Positions 48,455 through 58,279 of a stretch of DNA of 64,000 nt are shown here, piece by piece. Both the position numbers and the translations under genes were made by a program. The DNA is from Pseudomonadota bacterium. GTDB taxonomy: Bacteria > Pseudomonadota > Gammaproteobacteria > UBA4575. Numbering within the stretch: position 1 is the stretch's first letter; each line of letters begins with the position of its first letter. Under the pieces are notes generated by a model, which was not told the origin of the DNA, ran no database searches, and saw only the letters and a list, made by a program, of their open reading frames with translations. The stretch spans positions 1,343-65,342 of the forward strand of contig JBCDBX010000003.1 in the NCBI GenBank assembly GCA_039182865.1, read 5' to 3'.

Positions 48455-48486
48455 CTACTTCGCGCTTCAATAAACAGGAGCAGACT

Positions 48487-48906
48487 TCAATCTGCCTTAT
48501 CTAGAGCTTCTGCGATACCTGGTGACATATCTCCGTGGTGGTGGATGATTTTCCACGCTCCATTTATACAATAAAAGATATTTGTAACCCTTGAATTTAC
48601 TGTGAGAGGAGTTCCTGCCACCTCAAATTCCGCATGTTCTATCCCCACCTCATATGCGGTATCACCATGAATACGTATTAATCGATCTGTCATTTCCACA
48701 TATCCACCAGCACTTGATCGTGCAACACGCTCAAAAGACGCTTTTATATTTTCCCAGCCCACCTCACGTCCTCCAATAGGATGCATCGTTGTAGCATCTG
48801 GTGTATGTGCCCAAAGTTCTATCAATGCGTTAGCATCTCCACCTAGCATTTGGTTAAGTGCTGCGTAAAATTGCTTTGATACTTCTCGAACTTCTTCTTC
48901 TACCAT
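48487..48906 (-). CDS. SnoaL-like / NTF2-fold (DUF4440-type) protein
   Basis: 139 aa. The pattern FY.AL…GD…L.ELWAH…TTMHP.GG…GW..I…F……RVTNIF….G.WKIIHHH is typical of the NTF2-like family. Confidence 0.6.
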   Translation of the reverse strand: MVEEEVREVSKQFYAALNQMLGGDANALIELWAHTPDATTMHPIGGREVGWENIKASFERVARSSAGGYVEMTDRLIRIHGDTAYEVGIEHAEFEVAGTPLTVNSRVTNIFYCINGAWKIIHHHGDMSPGIAEALDKAD

Positions 48907-49035
48907 AGATAGCCTCGTGTTTAAAAAAATCTATTAAATCAAGTAATTTACAATAACTACTGTAGACTAATGCATCAATATATCCAGGATTAATATTCAT
49001 ATGGTATTAATCGATTTAGTTGATTAAATTCATGA

Positions 49036-49311
49036 TTAAGAAATTTTGATTCGAACAACATTCATGATTTCCATCTGAATGCCTGCTATATTTTCTGTAG
49101 AAGGATAATAAGTCAAATTAACACGCTGACCTTTTAAGTTCTTATATTTTTGTTTTCGTTTATATCGAAAAGCTACATCATATCCTTCTAGCATCAATGT
49201 ATTGATAATCCATTCTCCCGCTTCTCTTTGGACATGGGACGTTACTTTCATCATATCCGAGTGCGTCAACTTCTCATGTTTTTTTAATAATTTCTCTGGC
49301 TCAGATTTCAT
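49036..49311 (-). CDS. hypothetical protein
   Basis: 91-aa basic ORF with no recognisable motif. Confidence 0.35.
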   Translation of the reverse strand: MKSEPEKLLKKHEKLTHSDMMKVTSHVQREAGEWIINTLMLEGYDVAFRYKRKQKYKNLKGQRVNLTYYPSTENIAGIQMEIMNVVRIKIS

Positions 49312-49376
49312 AGTATGTACAACTAATAGGATTGTTCTATAGAATTAGCATTTACTCTAAATAAGGAGTCCATTTT

Positions 49377-49802
49377 TTGTTGACTCATTTGCTATTTGGC
49401 ACATTAATAATTGGCCTGATTGTAATATTCCATATTGCATGTCTCATAGTACTTGCCAATTTGTTAAAAAAACTTGATACAAGCTACGTTATTTTTCACA
49501 CTAATATTGGTCATTTCTACTTATTAGTTCTTTCCGTATTTTTCATCATTGGTATTCATACCATAGAAGCTTGGGCATGGGCCTATGTCTACTATGCTCT
49601 TGGCGAATTTTCAAATATGGAAGAAGCATTATATTTTTCAGTCGTTACCTCAACAACGCTTGGCTATGGCGATATTACCTTATCACCTGAATGGCAACTA
49701 CTCAGCACGTTCGAAGCGATGGGAGGTTTATTATTATTTGGTGTGAGTACGGCTGCTTTGATTGCGATTACCCGCAAGCTATTTGATGATCTAAACAGAT
49801 GA
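49377..49802 (+). CDS. minimal two-TM potassium channel
   Basis: TTG start, 141 aa. It has two N-terminal hydrophobic helices, then a pore-helix region with the selectivity filter TTLGYGD and a final TM helix. There is no cytoplasmic regulatory domain. Confidence 0.75.
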   Translation: MLTHLLFGTLIIGLIVIFHIACLIVLANLLKKLDTSYVIFHTNIGHFYLLVLSVFFIIGIHTIEAWAWAYVYYALGEFSNMEEALYFSVVTSTTLGYGDITLSPEWQLLSTFEAMGGLLLFGVSTAALIAITRKLFDDLNR

Positions 49803-49818
49803 TATGCGCTCAAAATAA

Positions 49819-52176
49819 CTAGCGATTCTCTAAGCGGCTGTAATCAAACAAGCTGTAATTAATTGGATCTTTCTGCTCAAAATTTGAATGCAATTGGTCA
49901 CTGTGTTGCCAAAAGTTCTCGGCTGTGCGACGAATTCCATATATCGCCATAAAGTCAGAATATTTCTGATTAGAATTAATTTTTAACACACGATCCACAA
50001 GCATATCTAGTTGGTCTTCATAAACATGCCAAAATGTATTGGGATAGGCACCTATAAAACCATTGACTACTGTCACTGTATCTTTAACTGGACTACGGCT
50101 GTCTTTCTCATCGAATAATGTCGTAACATTTTTATGTGCATCGTTTCTGATTAAAGTGAATACACTTAACTTACCTTCACTATTCTCTATACTTAAAAAA
50201 GTAACATCTGACAACTCCTGAACAGCTCTATTTGGTATTGCATTTAATGCCTCTAATGCATCAAGGTAATTTTGAGGCGTGTTATCTTTATTAATATTAA
50301 AGCCTTGATCCTTGATATCGGATACACGCTGACTCAACAATCCAAGCAGTTCCTCTCTAGGCTCATTGGTTTTGTATGAAATGTTTGTCTCATGAAAAAA
50401 TTGCTCATTCACAGCATCAAAGTAATCATTGACATGTTTATCCGCATCCTCATACCACTCCTGCCACACTTGTTGCCGAGCATCACGAGGAAGCATTTCA
50501 ATAAAATTTATTTCAGACTCCATACGTAAAAAGTCCATATAAAGACGTGTAAGCAATTGATGTCCGACATTCCCAAATACATTGTAGCCAGCGACTAGTA
50601 AATAATGAATTCGCTCAAAAATTGAGTAGTCAATTACCCATGCGGTCTCAGGTTTCTTGCCCACGAGACCTCGCACAACCGAGGCACTATCAAAATGTCT
50701 AAACACGGTTAAAGCAGCATTCGGATTTTTACCTTCACCATTCCAAATAAGATCTAAATTTATTTTTTCGCTCTGCTCAAATAATTGTTCTTCGTATTGA
50801 TATTTATTCTTGAGATAGGTTTTTTGCTGCGTGGCATATGAGCGCCAATCAGTAATGGTAAGTAATACAGGATTACCCTTACCCGCCGGTAACTGCAAAT
50901 TACTGCTATTAATGGCTAAAAACTCTGCATTATCCGCGGGTAGTGATACGTTAGGGTTAGAAAAGAATACCCAGAAACGATCTCGAATCACATCTAGCGC
51001 AATCTGCCCACGACAAACAGGGCCCTTCATGAATGCCATAATAATTTTTTCGGCATCATCCAACATAAAGCGATAACGCGAATCTACTGGTAACTGTTGA
51101 AAAGCCACAAACGGATTACTTGCTACCTCAGCTTGATAAGAAACCTTATCTTTAACTCCATATTCAGGCTGAAAAAACAATTGTTTCCAACGTTCTAATC
51201 GAGCATCGCTCAACTCATAGGGCATATGTGTTTTTGAGACCAAGGTTGCATCTACGACTTTTAAGCGGTAATAAAAATTGTTCACCCCAGGATCATCATA
51301 GGGTCTGACAGTATCAATAAGCTCAATCGCTTCTCCTGTCGGAGTATACGAACGCACTAACTGAAAATAATTTAACTCTGCATCATCTTGATAATACAAA
51401 TGAAATAAATATAGATGCTCAAAAATATAACGGCTAACTAATTGTGACTTCAATGATGCTTGATTAAAAAACGCCTCCCATCGTTCTACTTCTTTTTGTA
51501 AATTATCATTTAAAGGAGCAGGACTAGCCATCGGTGCATTCGCATCTATCCATTCAACCAAAGTTGATTGCTCCTGTTGTGATAATGCGGGCAAACCATA
51601 TGGCATTCCCCATAAAGGGAAACGTTTAGAGAATTCGTCAAATTGATAAATATTGGGACACGCTTGGCTTCGATTTAAGTCTAAGGTGATATCTTTAGGT
51701 AACAAGGCTAGACCCGGTAATGGATGCTGATTTTTTAATTCTAAATATCGATATATAAGACTCGCTTTACGATTGGTGTCTTCACTTGCTTCACCTTCAT
51801 TTAAGACTGGATAAAAACCTTTTTTTCGCCATTCCTTTGTAGTGTATGCATCTGCAGAAGGACTGACATGCTCAGCAGCAAGTATGCGAGCACCATCATA
51901 AACGCGTTCTTTATTAGCGCCACGATCAATACCTGCAGGACTGGTTAGCTTCAATTGACAAGGAGCATCATAACAACCATGACAAACTACGCAGCGTTTA
52001 TCAAAAATGGGCTTGATATCTGTTTGATATTTTTGACCCCATTCAGAATCAAATGCTACATATCTTTCTTGGAATGAAGATGAATCATATTCATTGGCTG
52101 CAAACAGTGCACAACCCGTTATCGATATGATAAGTAGGGTAAATAAAATAAGTTTAGAATCCTGACGCCTTTTCAT
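49819..52176 (-). CDS. cti: periplasmic fatty acid cis/trans isomerase (cytochrome c-type)
   Basis: Has the heme-binding motif CVVCHGCYDAPCQLKL near the N-terminus, and its length and pattern are typical of Cti. I place the start at the Met preceding the signal peptide, which has lipobox ITGC (MKRRQDSKLILFTLLIISITGC). The ORF-track start is 52236. Confidence 0.85.
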   Translation of the reverse strand: MKRRQDSKLILFTLLIISITGCALFAANEYDSSSFQERYVAFDSEWGQKYQTDIKPIFDKRCVVCHGCYDAPCQLKLTSPAGIDRGANKERVYDGARILAAEHVSPSADAYTTKEWRKKGFYPVLNEGEASEDTNRKASLIYRYLELKNQHPLPGLALLPKDITLDLNRSQACPNIYQFDEFSKRFPLWGMPYGLPALSQQEQSTLVEWIDANAPMASPAPLNDNLQKEVERWEAFFNQASLKSQLVSRYIFEHLYLFHLYYQDDAELNYFQLVRSYTPTGEAIELIDTVRPYDDPGVNNFYYRLKVVDATLVSKTHMPYELSDARLERWKQLFFQPEYGVKDKVSYQAEVASNPFVAFQQLPVDSRYRFMLDDAEKIIMAFMKGPVCRGQIALDVIRDRFWVFFSNPNVSLPADNAEFLAINSSNLQLPAGKGNPVLLTITDWRSYATQQKTYLKNKYQYEEQLFEQSEKINLDLIWNGEGKNPNAALTVFRHFDSASVVRGLVGKKPETAWVIDYSIFERIHYLLVAGYNVFGNVGHQLLTRLYMDFLRMESEINFIEMLPRDARQQVWQEWYEDADKHVNDYFDAVNEQFFHETNISYKTNEPREELLGLLSQRVSDIKDQGFNINKDNTPQNYLDALEALNAIPNRAVQELSDVTFLSIENSEGKLSVFTLIRNDAHKNVTTLFDEKDSRSPVKDTVTVVNGFIGAYPNTFWHVYEDQLDMLVDRVLKINSNQKYSDFMAIYGIRRTAENFWQHSDQLHSNFEQKDPINYSLFDYSRLENR

Positions 52177-52266
52177 TTTAAACTCTTTTGAAATCATTCT
52201 GACAAAAATACTGACTTTGATCATCTTATAAGACAAAGAAAGTACACTAAATTATATATTCTCGAA

Positions 52267-52659
52267 TTATTCTTCTCTTGGCCTTTTCTGATAAGTCCTA
52301 TTTTTTGGGATTACGCTTCTAACTCCACCTCTTGGGTCTTCAACATCACCGAAATATCGAGGGATTAAATGAATATGCGTATGGGGAACGGACTGACCTG
52401 CTGCCTTACTTACATTGATACCAATATTATATGAATCTGGCTGGTGCTCTTTTTCAACTAATTCCTTCGCTATCTTTACAGATTCCCAAAGCTCACGCAC
52501 TTCTTCATCTGTGCAATCGAAATAATTAGGCACATGACGATTCGGCACTATCAGCATATGACCAGGCGAGGCAGGATATCGATCTTTACTTATAAACGTG
52601 AGTTCACCTTGATAGACCAAGTCAAGTCTTTTACAAAAAATACAATCTTCTATAGACAT
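52267..52659 (-). CDS. HIT-family nucleotide hydrolase/transferase
   Basis: Has the histidine-triad motif HTHIHLIP and an N-terminal CIFC zinc motif. Confidence 0.85.
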   Translation of the reverse strand: MSIEDCIFCKRLDLVYQGELTFISKDRYPASPGHMLIVPNRHVPNYFDCTDEEVRELWESVKIAKELVEKEHQPDSYNIGINVSKAAGQSVPHTHIHLIPRYFGDVEDPRGGVRSVIPKNRTYQKRPREE

Positions 52660-52782
52660 AGCTTCTAATTCTAAAAGTTAGGTTGATTTTTATATTGCGG
52701 GATCAGTTCTAGTAACATTGCTTGAAATGTTGTAGAAATATACCATAGTGCTGCTTATAGCCTGACTACAAAATAGTTATAT

Positions 52783-54177
52783 ATGTATCAACATTACTTT
52801 ATTGCTGCTTTATTAATTGTGATGGCAGCAAGCTCCGCGACTCATGCACTTCTCAATAAAACAGACTCGCGTTCGGCACTGGGCTGGATAGCCGTTTCAA
52901 TTGTATTTCCATTCTTTGGTCCCATCTTTTATTTTTTATTTGGCATCAACCGTGTTCAAAATCGTGCGGTCAAACTCAATTATTACTTGAGAAAACGGCA
53001 TTTTGAAAGCAAGCATCATCAAACTTATGTTTTCAACCCACTCAAGAATATTCAAATAGTCTCTCATCAACTGACTGAACTACCTTTACTAGGCGGCAAT
53101 TCGGTAGAGATCTTATATTCTGGTAAACAAGCTTACCCTTCAATGATTCAAGCGATAAATTCTGCTAAAGATTACATTTATCTTTCTACTTACATTTTCA
53201 AGCCCGATGAAACAGGAACAGCATTTATCAACGCACTCGCGGAAGCGAAGGACCGTGGCGTTAAAGTATTTGTATTAATCGATGGTGTAGGCGAATTTTA
53301 TTCGATCAGAAAAGCAAGCAAACTGTTAGCTAAAAATAATGTTGATGTTGCACGTTTTCTCCCACCCAAACTAGTTCCATTCAACATCTATATCAACTTG
53401 CGAAATCACCGCAAGTTATTAATCATTGATGACTACATTGGTTTTGCTGGAGGCATGAATATCAGTCACCAATATGCCTCTAACGGCAAAAATAATCCGA
53501 AAGATACTCACTTTAAGTTATCTGGGAGTATTACTTTACAGCTAAAACATTTATTTGAAGCAGATTGGAGATTTGCTACACAGGAGGAAACTAATATTCC
53601 AACTCCCAGCTGCCAAGATCAAGAAACTTCATCTTGGTGTCGCACGATTTGCGATGGGCCTGGTGAGAATCTTGGACATCTTTCCATTGTCATATTTAGT
53701 GCGATTAACGCAGCAACAAAATCAATCACTATCATGACACCTTATTTTTTACCAAATAAAGATTTAATTCGCGCTTTAGAAGTCGCTGCCCTGCGTGGTA
53801 TCGATGTGTCCCTTATTCTTCCTAAAAATAATAATCTTTTCTATGTAGATTGGGCCTGCCGACATATGCTTTGGCAACTAGTTGGATCTGGTATCAATAT
53901 TTATTACCAACCAGGACCATTTGAACATTCCAAATTATTTATTGTGGATAGTTTTTATACTCTAATCGGGTCTGCTAACTTCGATCCACGCAGCTTACGA
54001 CTTAACTATGAAGTAGGCGTTGAAATTTATGATAAAAATGTCGCGACAGAATTAACTGAATATACGCATACCGTTATTATGCATAGCCGAAAATTGACAC
54101 TAGATGAACTAAGGAGTAGATCTTTGGCGGTTAAATTAAGAGATGGTGTTGCCTGGCTGTTTTCACCTTACTTATAA
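52783..54177 (+). CDS. cls: cardiolipin synthase
   Basis: Has two N-terminal TM helices and two HKD motifs (HRKLLIIDD…GG.N and HSKLFIVDS…GSANFD). Confidence 0.9.
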   Translation: MYQHYFIAALLIVMAASSATHALLNKTDSRSALGWIAVSIVFPFFGPIFYFLFGINRVQNRAVKLNYYLRKRHFESKHHQTYVFNPLKNIQIVSHQLTELPLLGGNSVEILYSGKQAYPSMIQAINSAKDYIYLSTYIFKPDETGTAFINALAEAKDRGVKVFVLIDGVGEFYSIRKASKLLAKNNVDVARFLPPKLVPFNIYINLRNHRKLLIIDDYIGFAGGMNISHQYASNGKNNPKDTHFKLSGSITLQLKHLFEADWRFATQEETNIPTPSCQDQETSSWCRTICDGPGENLGHLSIVIFSAINAATKSITIMTPYFLPNKDLIRALEVAALRGIDVSLILPKNNNLFYVDWACRHMLWQLVGSGINIYYQPGPFEHSKLFIVDSFYTLIGSANFDPRSLRLNYEVGVEIYDKNVATELTEYTHTVIMHSRKLTLDELRSRSLAVKLRDGVAWLFSPYL

Positions 54178-54181
54178 ACCT

Positions 54182-54493
54182 CTAAAACTTATCTAGCCTA
54201 AATACTTGAGAATCACTGATATAAATAACAATCGCATAGTTTTCAAAATATTTATCTTTCACAAAAGTTGAGATTTTTTTTGCCTGATCCGCATCACAAA
54301 TGATTTCAATACGAATATTACTATTAGACTCCCAACCTCCCATTCTAGAACCGCGTCGCCCCTTTCCGCGCGCATCGATGATTGTAAATCCATTAACACC
54401 TAGCGACTCAAAGTCATCGATCAATGATGACTCAATACTGGCTTCAGTAATAATCGTTAATACTTTTATATTATGTATTTTATCTTCCATCAT
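54182..54493 (-). CDS. PII-like signalling protein (SbtB-like), partner of the upstream permease
   Basis: 103 aa with a ferredoxin-like PII pattern and a basic, Gly-rich T-loop-like segment (DARGKGRRGSRMGGWES). It starts 5 nt after the permease stop. Confidence 0.6.
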   Translation of the reverse strand: MMEDKIHNIKVLTIITEASIESSLIDDFESLGVNGFTIIDARGKGRRGSRMGGWESNSNIRIEIICDADQAKKISTFVKDKYFENYAIVIYISDSQVFRLDKF

Positions 54494-54497
54494 GTAT

Positions 54498-55442
54498 TTA
54501 CCCAGTGATAGTGCTATGCATTAATTCGGCTATTTTTAAGTATATTGGAATACCAAATATGACGTTAAAAGAAAATGTAATCCCCAAGGATGCCGTCAAA
54601 GATAATGTTGGATTTGCTTCTGGAATCGAAATACGCATGGCCGCAGGAACAGCAATATAAGACGCACTTGCAGCGAGTGTCGCTAGCATCCCCATGCCTC
54701 CTACTGACATACCCAACATGATGCCAAAAAGGCAACCAATAACTGCAGAAAATAATGGCATCAGAATTCCAAAGGCAATCAAAAACACACCATGGTTTTT
54801 TAATGAACCCACTTGCATCGCGGCGATTAAGCCCATCTCAAGTAAGAAAATTGCTAGCACACCTTTGAATAAATCAAAAAATAGAGGCTCAATAGATGCG
54901 ATACCTTCAGGACCTGCAATCCACCCAATCAATAAACCGCCAACCAATAAGACGATACCTTTTCCTAGAAATACTTCATGGAATACGATAGACCATTGGG
55001 TATTTTTAGTGATGCCTTTTGCAAGAATAATCCCAACAAGAATAGCAGGAATTTCTAGCAGCACTAAAAGAAGTGGCATATGCTCTTCATAGAAAACATT
55101 TTTGGTCCCGTAGTATGCGACTGCTACTGCAAACGTCCCCACACTGACCGAACCATAGTGAGCCGCAATAGAGGCTGCATCACCCACCTTGAATTTACCC
55201 AAATAAAGCAATACCGGATATGCAATCAAAGTTAAAAGTGAGCCCATAAAAATAACCGCCACCATATCTGGTAGAAGACTGACGAGAGACTGCTTAGCAA
55301 GCTCAACTCCACCTTTGAGACCGATGGCTATCAGCAATAGAAAGCTTATGAACTCATAAATTTGCCCCGGCAACCTTAAAGATGAACGCAGAATGCCCGC
55401 AACAAACCCTAATAGAAAAAATAAGATAATGGGGTCGATAAT
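54498..55442 (-). CDS. SbtA-family (DUF897) sodium-dependent bicarbonate-transporter-like permease, probably with a non-canonical start
   Basis: Polytopic membrane protein (…LLIAIGLKGGVELA…). The ORF track starts at TTG 55373. The frame stays open upstream to a stop at 55470-55472 and encodes a conserved-looking first helix (IIDPIILFFLLGFVAGILRSSLRLPGQIYEF) with no ATG/GTG/TTG. An ATT at 55442-55440 preceded by AAAAGG is the best candidate start. Confidence 0.6.
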   Translation of the reverse strand: MIDPIILFFLLGFVAGILRSSLRLPGQIYEFISFLLLIAIGLKGGVELAKQSLVSLLPDMVAVIFMGSLLTLIAYPVLLYLGKFKVGDAASIAAHYGSVSVGTFAVAVAYYGTKNVFYEEHMPLLLVLLEIPAILVGIILAKGITKNTQWSIVFHEVFLGKGIVLLVGGLLIGWIAGPEGIASIEPLFFDLFKGVLAIFLLEMGLIAAMQVGSLKNHGVFLIAFGILMPLFSAVIGCLFGIMLGMSVGGMGMLATLAASASYIAVPAAMRISIPEANPTLSLTASLGITFSFNVIFGIPIYLKIAELMHSTITG

Positions 55443-55562
55443 AGCTACCTTTTTATAACAGCAATTGCGTTAACAACTTACTACAGACCGCAATAATTTA
55501 CAGCACTGTTATAGCATTTTATCATTCTCATAATCATATTATGACTAGCGACAAAGCTTGGT

Positions 55563-56432
55563 TTAATCCATCACTAGTTCATAACTACCTTTACTACGCA
55601 AATATATAATGCATCCTTCACTTTCATCGACAGCTAGATAATGTATCGATTTACCTTGAGAGCTAAAATAACTCCCCGGCATTAGAGTATTTTGGTCACC
55701 TTTCGCCTCAATTCCATGATTTACTTTTCCTTGAATAAGCACTCCTCGCATAATGGGCTGATCAACCAATATCTTGCCTGAAGATCCCGCCGGTAATTTT
55801 ACAAAGGTGCCATTTAGTTCTTTGCCTTGCGGCTCCCCCCAAAGAAATGCAATTTTAGCTGCGCTTTTTGATGATGTATTTTCTGCTTGCTTAATCCATT
55901 GTGTATTTGTTGCATCCAGCCATACGATATTGGATGCCTCTATGTTGACTGACTTATCACCTTCATCAAAAGCTTTACTCGTTGGAAGTACCAAGTATGG
56001 GCTTTGTTCAATTTCAATGTAAGCGATATTTTGCGAACCTTTAGCCGCAGTAATATGGATTTCACCTGCAGCTTGCGTCCAATAGGAACCGGATGACATC
56101 CATGCTTTATTAGCGGAAGGGTCATCATTATGGACTAAGCCACTAATGACGACACCGCGATACATAATATTATGAATATGTGGTGGTGAGGAAAAACCAT
56201 CAACAAACTTCACCAAAAACCCTGATGGGCCAACACCCGTTCGATCACCCCAAAGATTTCCCGCCTGAGGTCCTAACTTGCCTCGCGCTGGATTCAATGG
56301 CGTCCATTTCACATCCGATACCAACAGCACTTCATTCTTATCTTGTGCATTTGAAACAGAAGCATTTCCAAAGATGCTGATAACAAAGACGAGTAAAACT
56401 AACTTCTTTATTGTTATCTTCAATTTAGTCAT
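55563..56432 (-). CDS. secreted bicupin-like protein (DUF4437-type)
   Basis: 289 aa with a signal peptide (…[11 protein letters not shown]) and two cupin-like halves (…[16 protein letters not shown]…). Confidence 0.5.
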   Translation of the reverse strand: MTKLKITIKKLVLLVFVISIFGNASVSNAQDKNEVLLVSDVKWTPLNPARGKLGPQAGNLWGDRTGVGPSGFLVKFVDGFSSPPHIHNIMYRGVVISGLVHNDDPSANKAWMSSGSYWTQAAGEIHITAAKGSQNIAYIEIEQSPYLVLPTSKAFDEGDKSVNIEASNIVWLDATNTQWIKQAENTSSKSAAKIAFLWGEPQGKELNGTFVKLPAGSSGKILVDQPIMRGVLIQGKVNHGIEAKGDQNTLMPGSYFSSQGKSIHYLAVDESEGCIIYLRSKGSYELVMD

Positions 56433-56454
56433 CTTAAAATGTAATAAAGAATAG

Positions 56455-57264
56455 TTATTGTAGTGTGGAGGTCAATACCGCTTCAATCACATTAATGACT
56501 TTTTGATTATTTTGCATATCAAGCGCGTGGGGATGTGGAGTAGATAACCTTCCCATATCATTATCAAAGTATTGACCAGAGGCATTTTTATATTCATCAC
56601 TCAAAGCCAAATCACATAGGATGTTTACTCCTATTTGAATGTCTTTACCATTCACACCATAGGCTTCCTTCACCATCTTGCTGCCAAGCATAGAACCTGG
56701 ATTTACGGCTATGACACTGATGTCTGAATCTTTAAGACTATTTGCTAGAGCCATTGACCACATTGTTAGCGCTAATTTACTTTGTGCATAAACCTTTCCA
56801 TCGGAGTGATGACTCGTTGTCGCTAATTCATTCGGGTCAAAACCGGCTTGCGCAGCTGATGATAAATTAATAATTCGCCCATGTTTACTTAATAGAGGCA
56901 ATAAAAGTTTAGTTAATAAATAAGGAGAAATTGTATTAACAACATAGCGTGTGTCTAAACCATCAACCGATACCCTCTCACCAACAACATAGACACCCGC
57001 ATTATTAATCAACACATCGATTTTTTTATGATGGCTGTTTATTTCATTTGCTAACACTCTGACCTCTTCCAAAACAGACAAATCTGCAACATAACACTCA
57101 ATAGACACATCGGTATTCAAAGCGGTCAATTTTTGTTTGGCACTCTCTAATTTAGTTTTATTACGCCCATGTAATAAAATATGATGACCCAATTTAACTA
57201 ATTGTGTAGCAGTAGCGAACCCAATCCCATCGGTTGCTCCCGTAATTAGAATCGTTTTAGCCAT
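56455..57264 (-). CDS. short-chain dehydrogenase/reductase (SDR)
   Basis: [16 protein letters not shown] (TGxxxGIG), NNAG and YAQSK (YxxxK) motifs. The start overlaps the upstream gene's stop by 8 nt (ATGGCTAA). Confidence 0.85.
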   Translation of the reverse strand: MAKTILITGATDGIGFATATQLVKLGHHILLHGRNKTKLESAKQKLTALNTDVSIECYVADLSVLEEVRVLANEINSHHKKIDVLINNAGVYVVGERVSVDGLDTRYVVNTISPYLLTKLLLPLLSKHGRIINLSSAAQAGFDPNELATTSHHSDGKVYAQSKLALTMWSMALANSLKDSDISVIAVNPGSMLGSKMVKEAYGVNGKDIQIGVNILCDLALSDEYKNASGQYFDNDMGRLSTPHPHALDMQNNQKVINVIEAVLTSTLQ

Positions 57265-58246
57265 AGATAAACTCAGGTAGAACTTCTTCTGCAATACTCT
57301 TGAGTGTGGTTTCTATATTTGACTGATTGAATCTCAGATTTAAGGCCACATGATTAACTCCTATGTTCTCAAGTGATTTTAAATGCTCAAGCAAATATTG
57401 AGTACCAGAACTAAAACCCAAATGAAGCGGTTGTGGCTTGTCATTGGCAGATTCCAATAAATCAAAATACAAGGGTTGCATAATAGGTTGAGGGTTTCGC
57501 TCTATTTCTTTAAGTCGCTCATGCCAATCTTGAATAATGCGCTCTTGTAATTTTGGTTCGCGCGGATAAAGCATCCATCCATCAGCATTTTGCGTAATCC
57601 ACTCTGGGTTCTGCTGACTACCTCCTGTTACCAATAATGGAATTTTGTTTGCTGTTGGTTTGGGTAACATATCTATATCGCCGGAGAAGCGTCCAAATTT
57701 ATTTTCGAAACTAGGCTTACTAGCATGCATCTCACGTATATAGCTAAACCCTTCTCGAAAACGTGCTCCACGATCTTCATAATTAATATTCATCGCAGGA
57801 TACTCTTGAGGGCGATCACCTGATGCTACTCCTAAGATCAATCGACCGCTCGACAACACATCAATACTCGCGGAAGCTTTCGCGACATGAGCGGGATGAC
57901 GTAAAGGCAATACAATACTGGCGACACCTAATGCAATTTTTTTAGTTTGAGCTGCTAGAAAACCCAAATAAACAAATGGATCAAACATTTGCCCTGCATC
58001 ATCAAAGGTTGGGACATTAAATGGTACGTCTCGCAGCCAGATTGATGAAAAACCCAATTCCTCAGCCAGTTTTACCCGTTCTATATGATGTTGCATGGTT
58101 GGCACAGCGCTTGAACTATAATCTTCAATCGGCACCACTAATCCAACAGTCATTTTGCCTAACTTGAAGACCGAGTTATATCCATTATTTATCGTTTGAA
58201 ATTGATGTTCACCGATATATGAATTCAAAGAATGAATATTTTCCAT
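57257..58246 (-). CDS. luciferase-like (LLM-class) flavin-dependent oxidoreductase
   Basis: 329 aa with a TIM-barrel LLM pattern (…LAEELGFSSIWLRDVP…GVASGDRP.EY…). Confidence 0.75.
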   Translation of the reverse strand: MENIHSLNSYIGEHQFQTINNGYNSVFKLGKMTVGLVVPIEDYSSSAVPTMQHHIERVKLAEELGFSSIWLRDVPFNVPTFDDAGQMFDPFVYLGFLAAQTKKIALGVASIVLPLRHPAHVAKASASIDVLSSGRLILGVASGDRPQEYPAMNINYEDRGARFREGFSYIREMHASKPSFENKFGRFSGDIDMLPKPTANKIPLLVTGGSQQNPEWITQNADGWMLYPREPKLQERIIQDWHERLKEIERNPQPIMQPLYFDLLESANDKPQPLHLGFSSGTQYLLEHLKSLENIGVNHVALNLRFNQSNIETTLKSIAEEVLPEFIYG

Positions 58247-58279
58247 TTAAATTCTCCATACATACAAAGCCAATTCATA

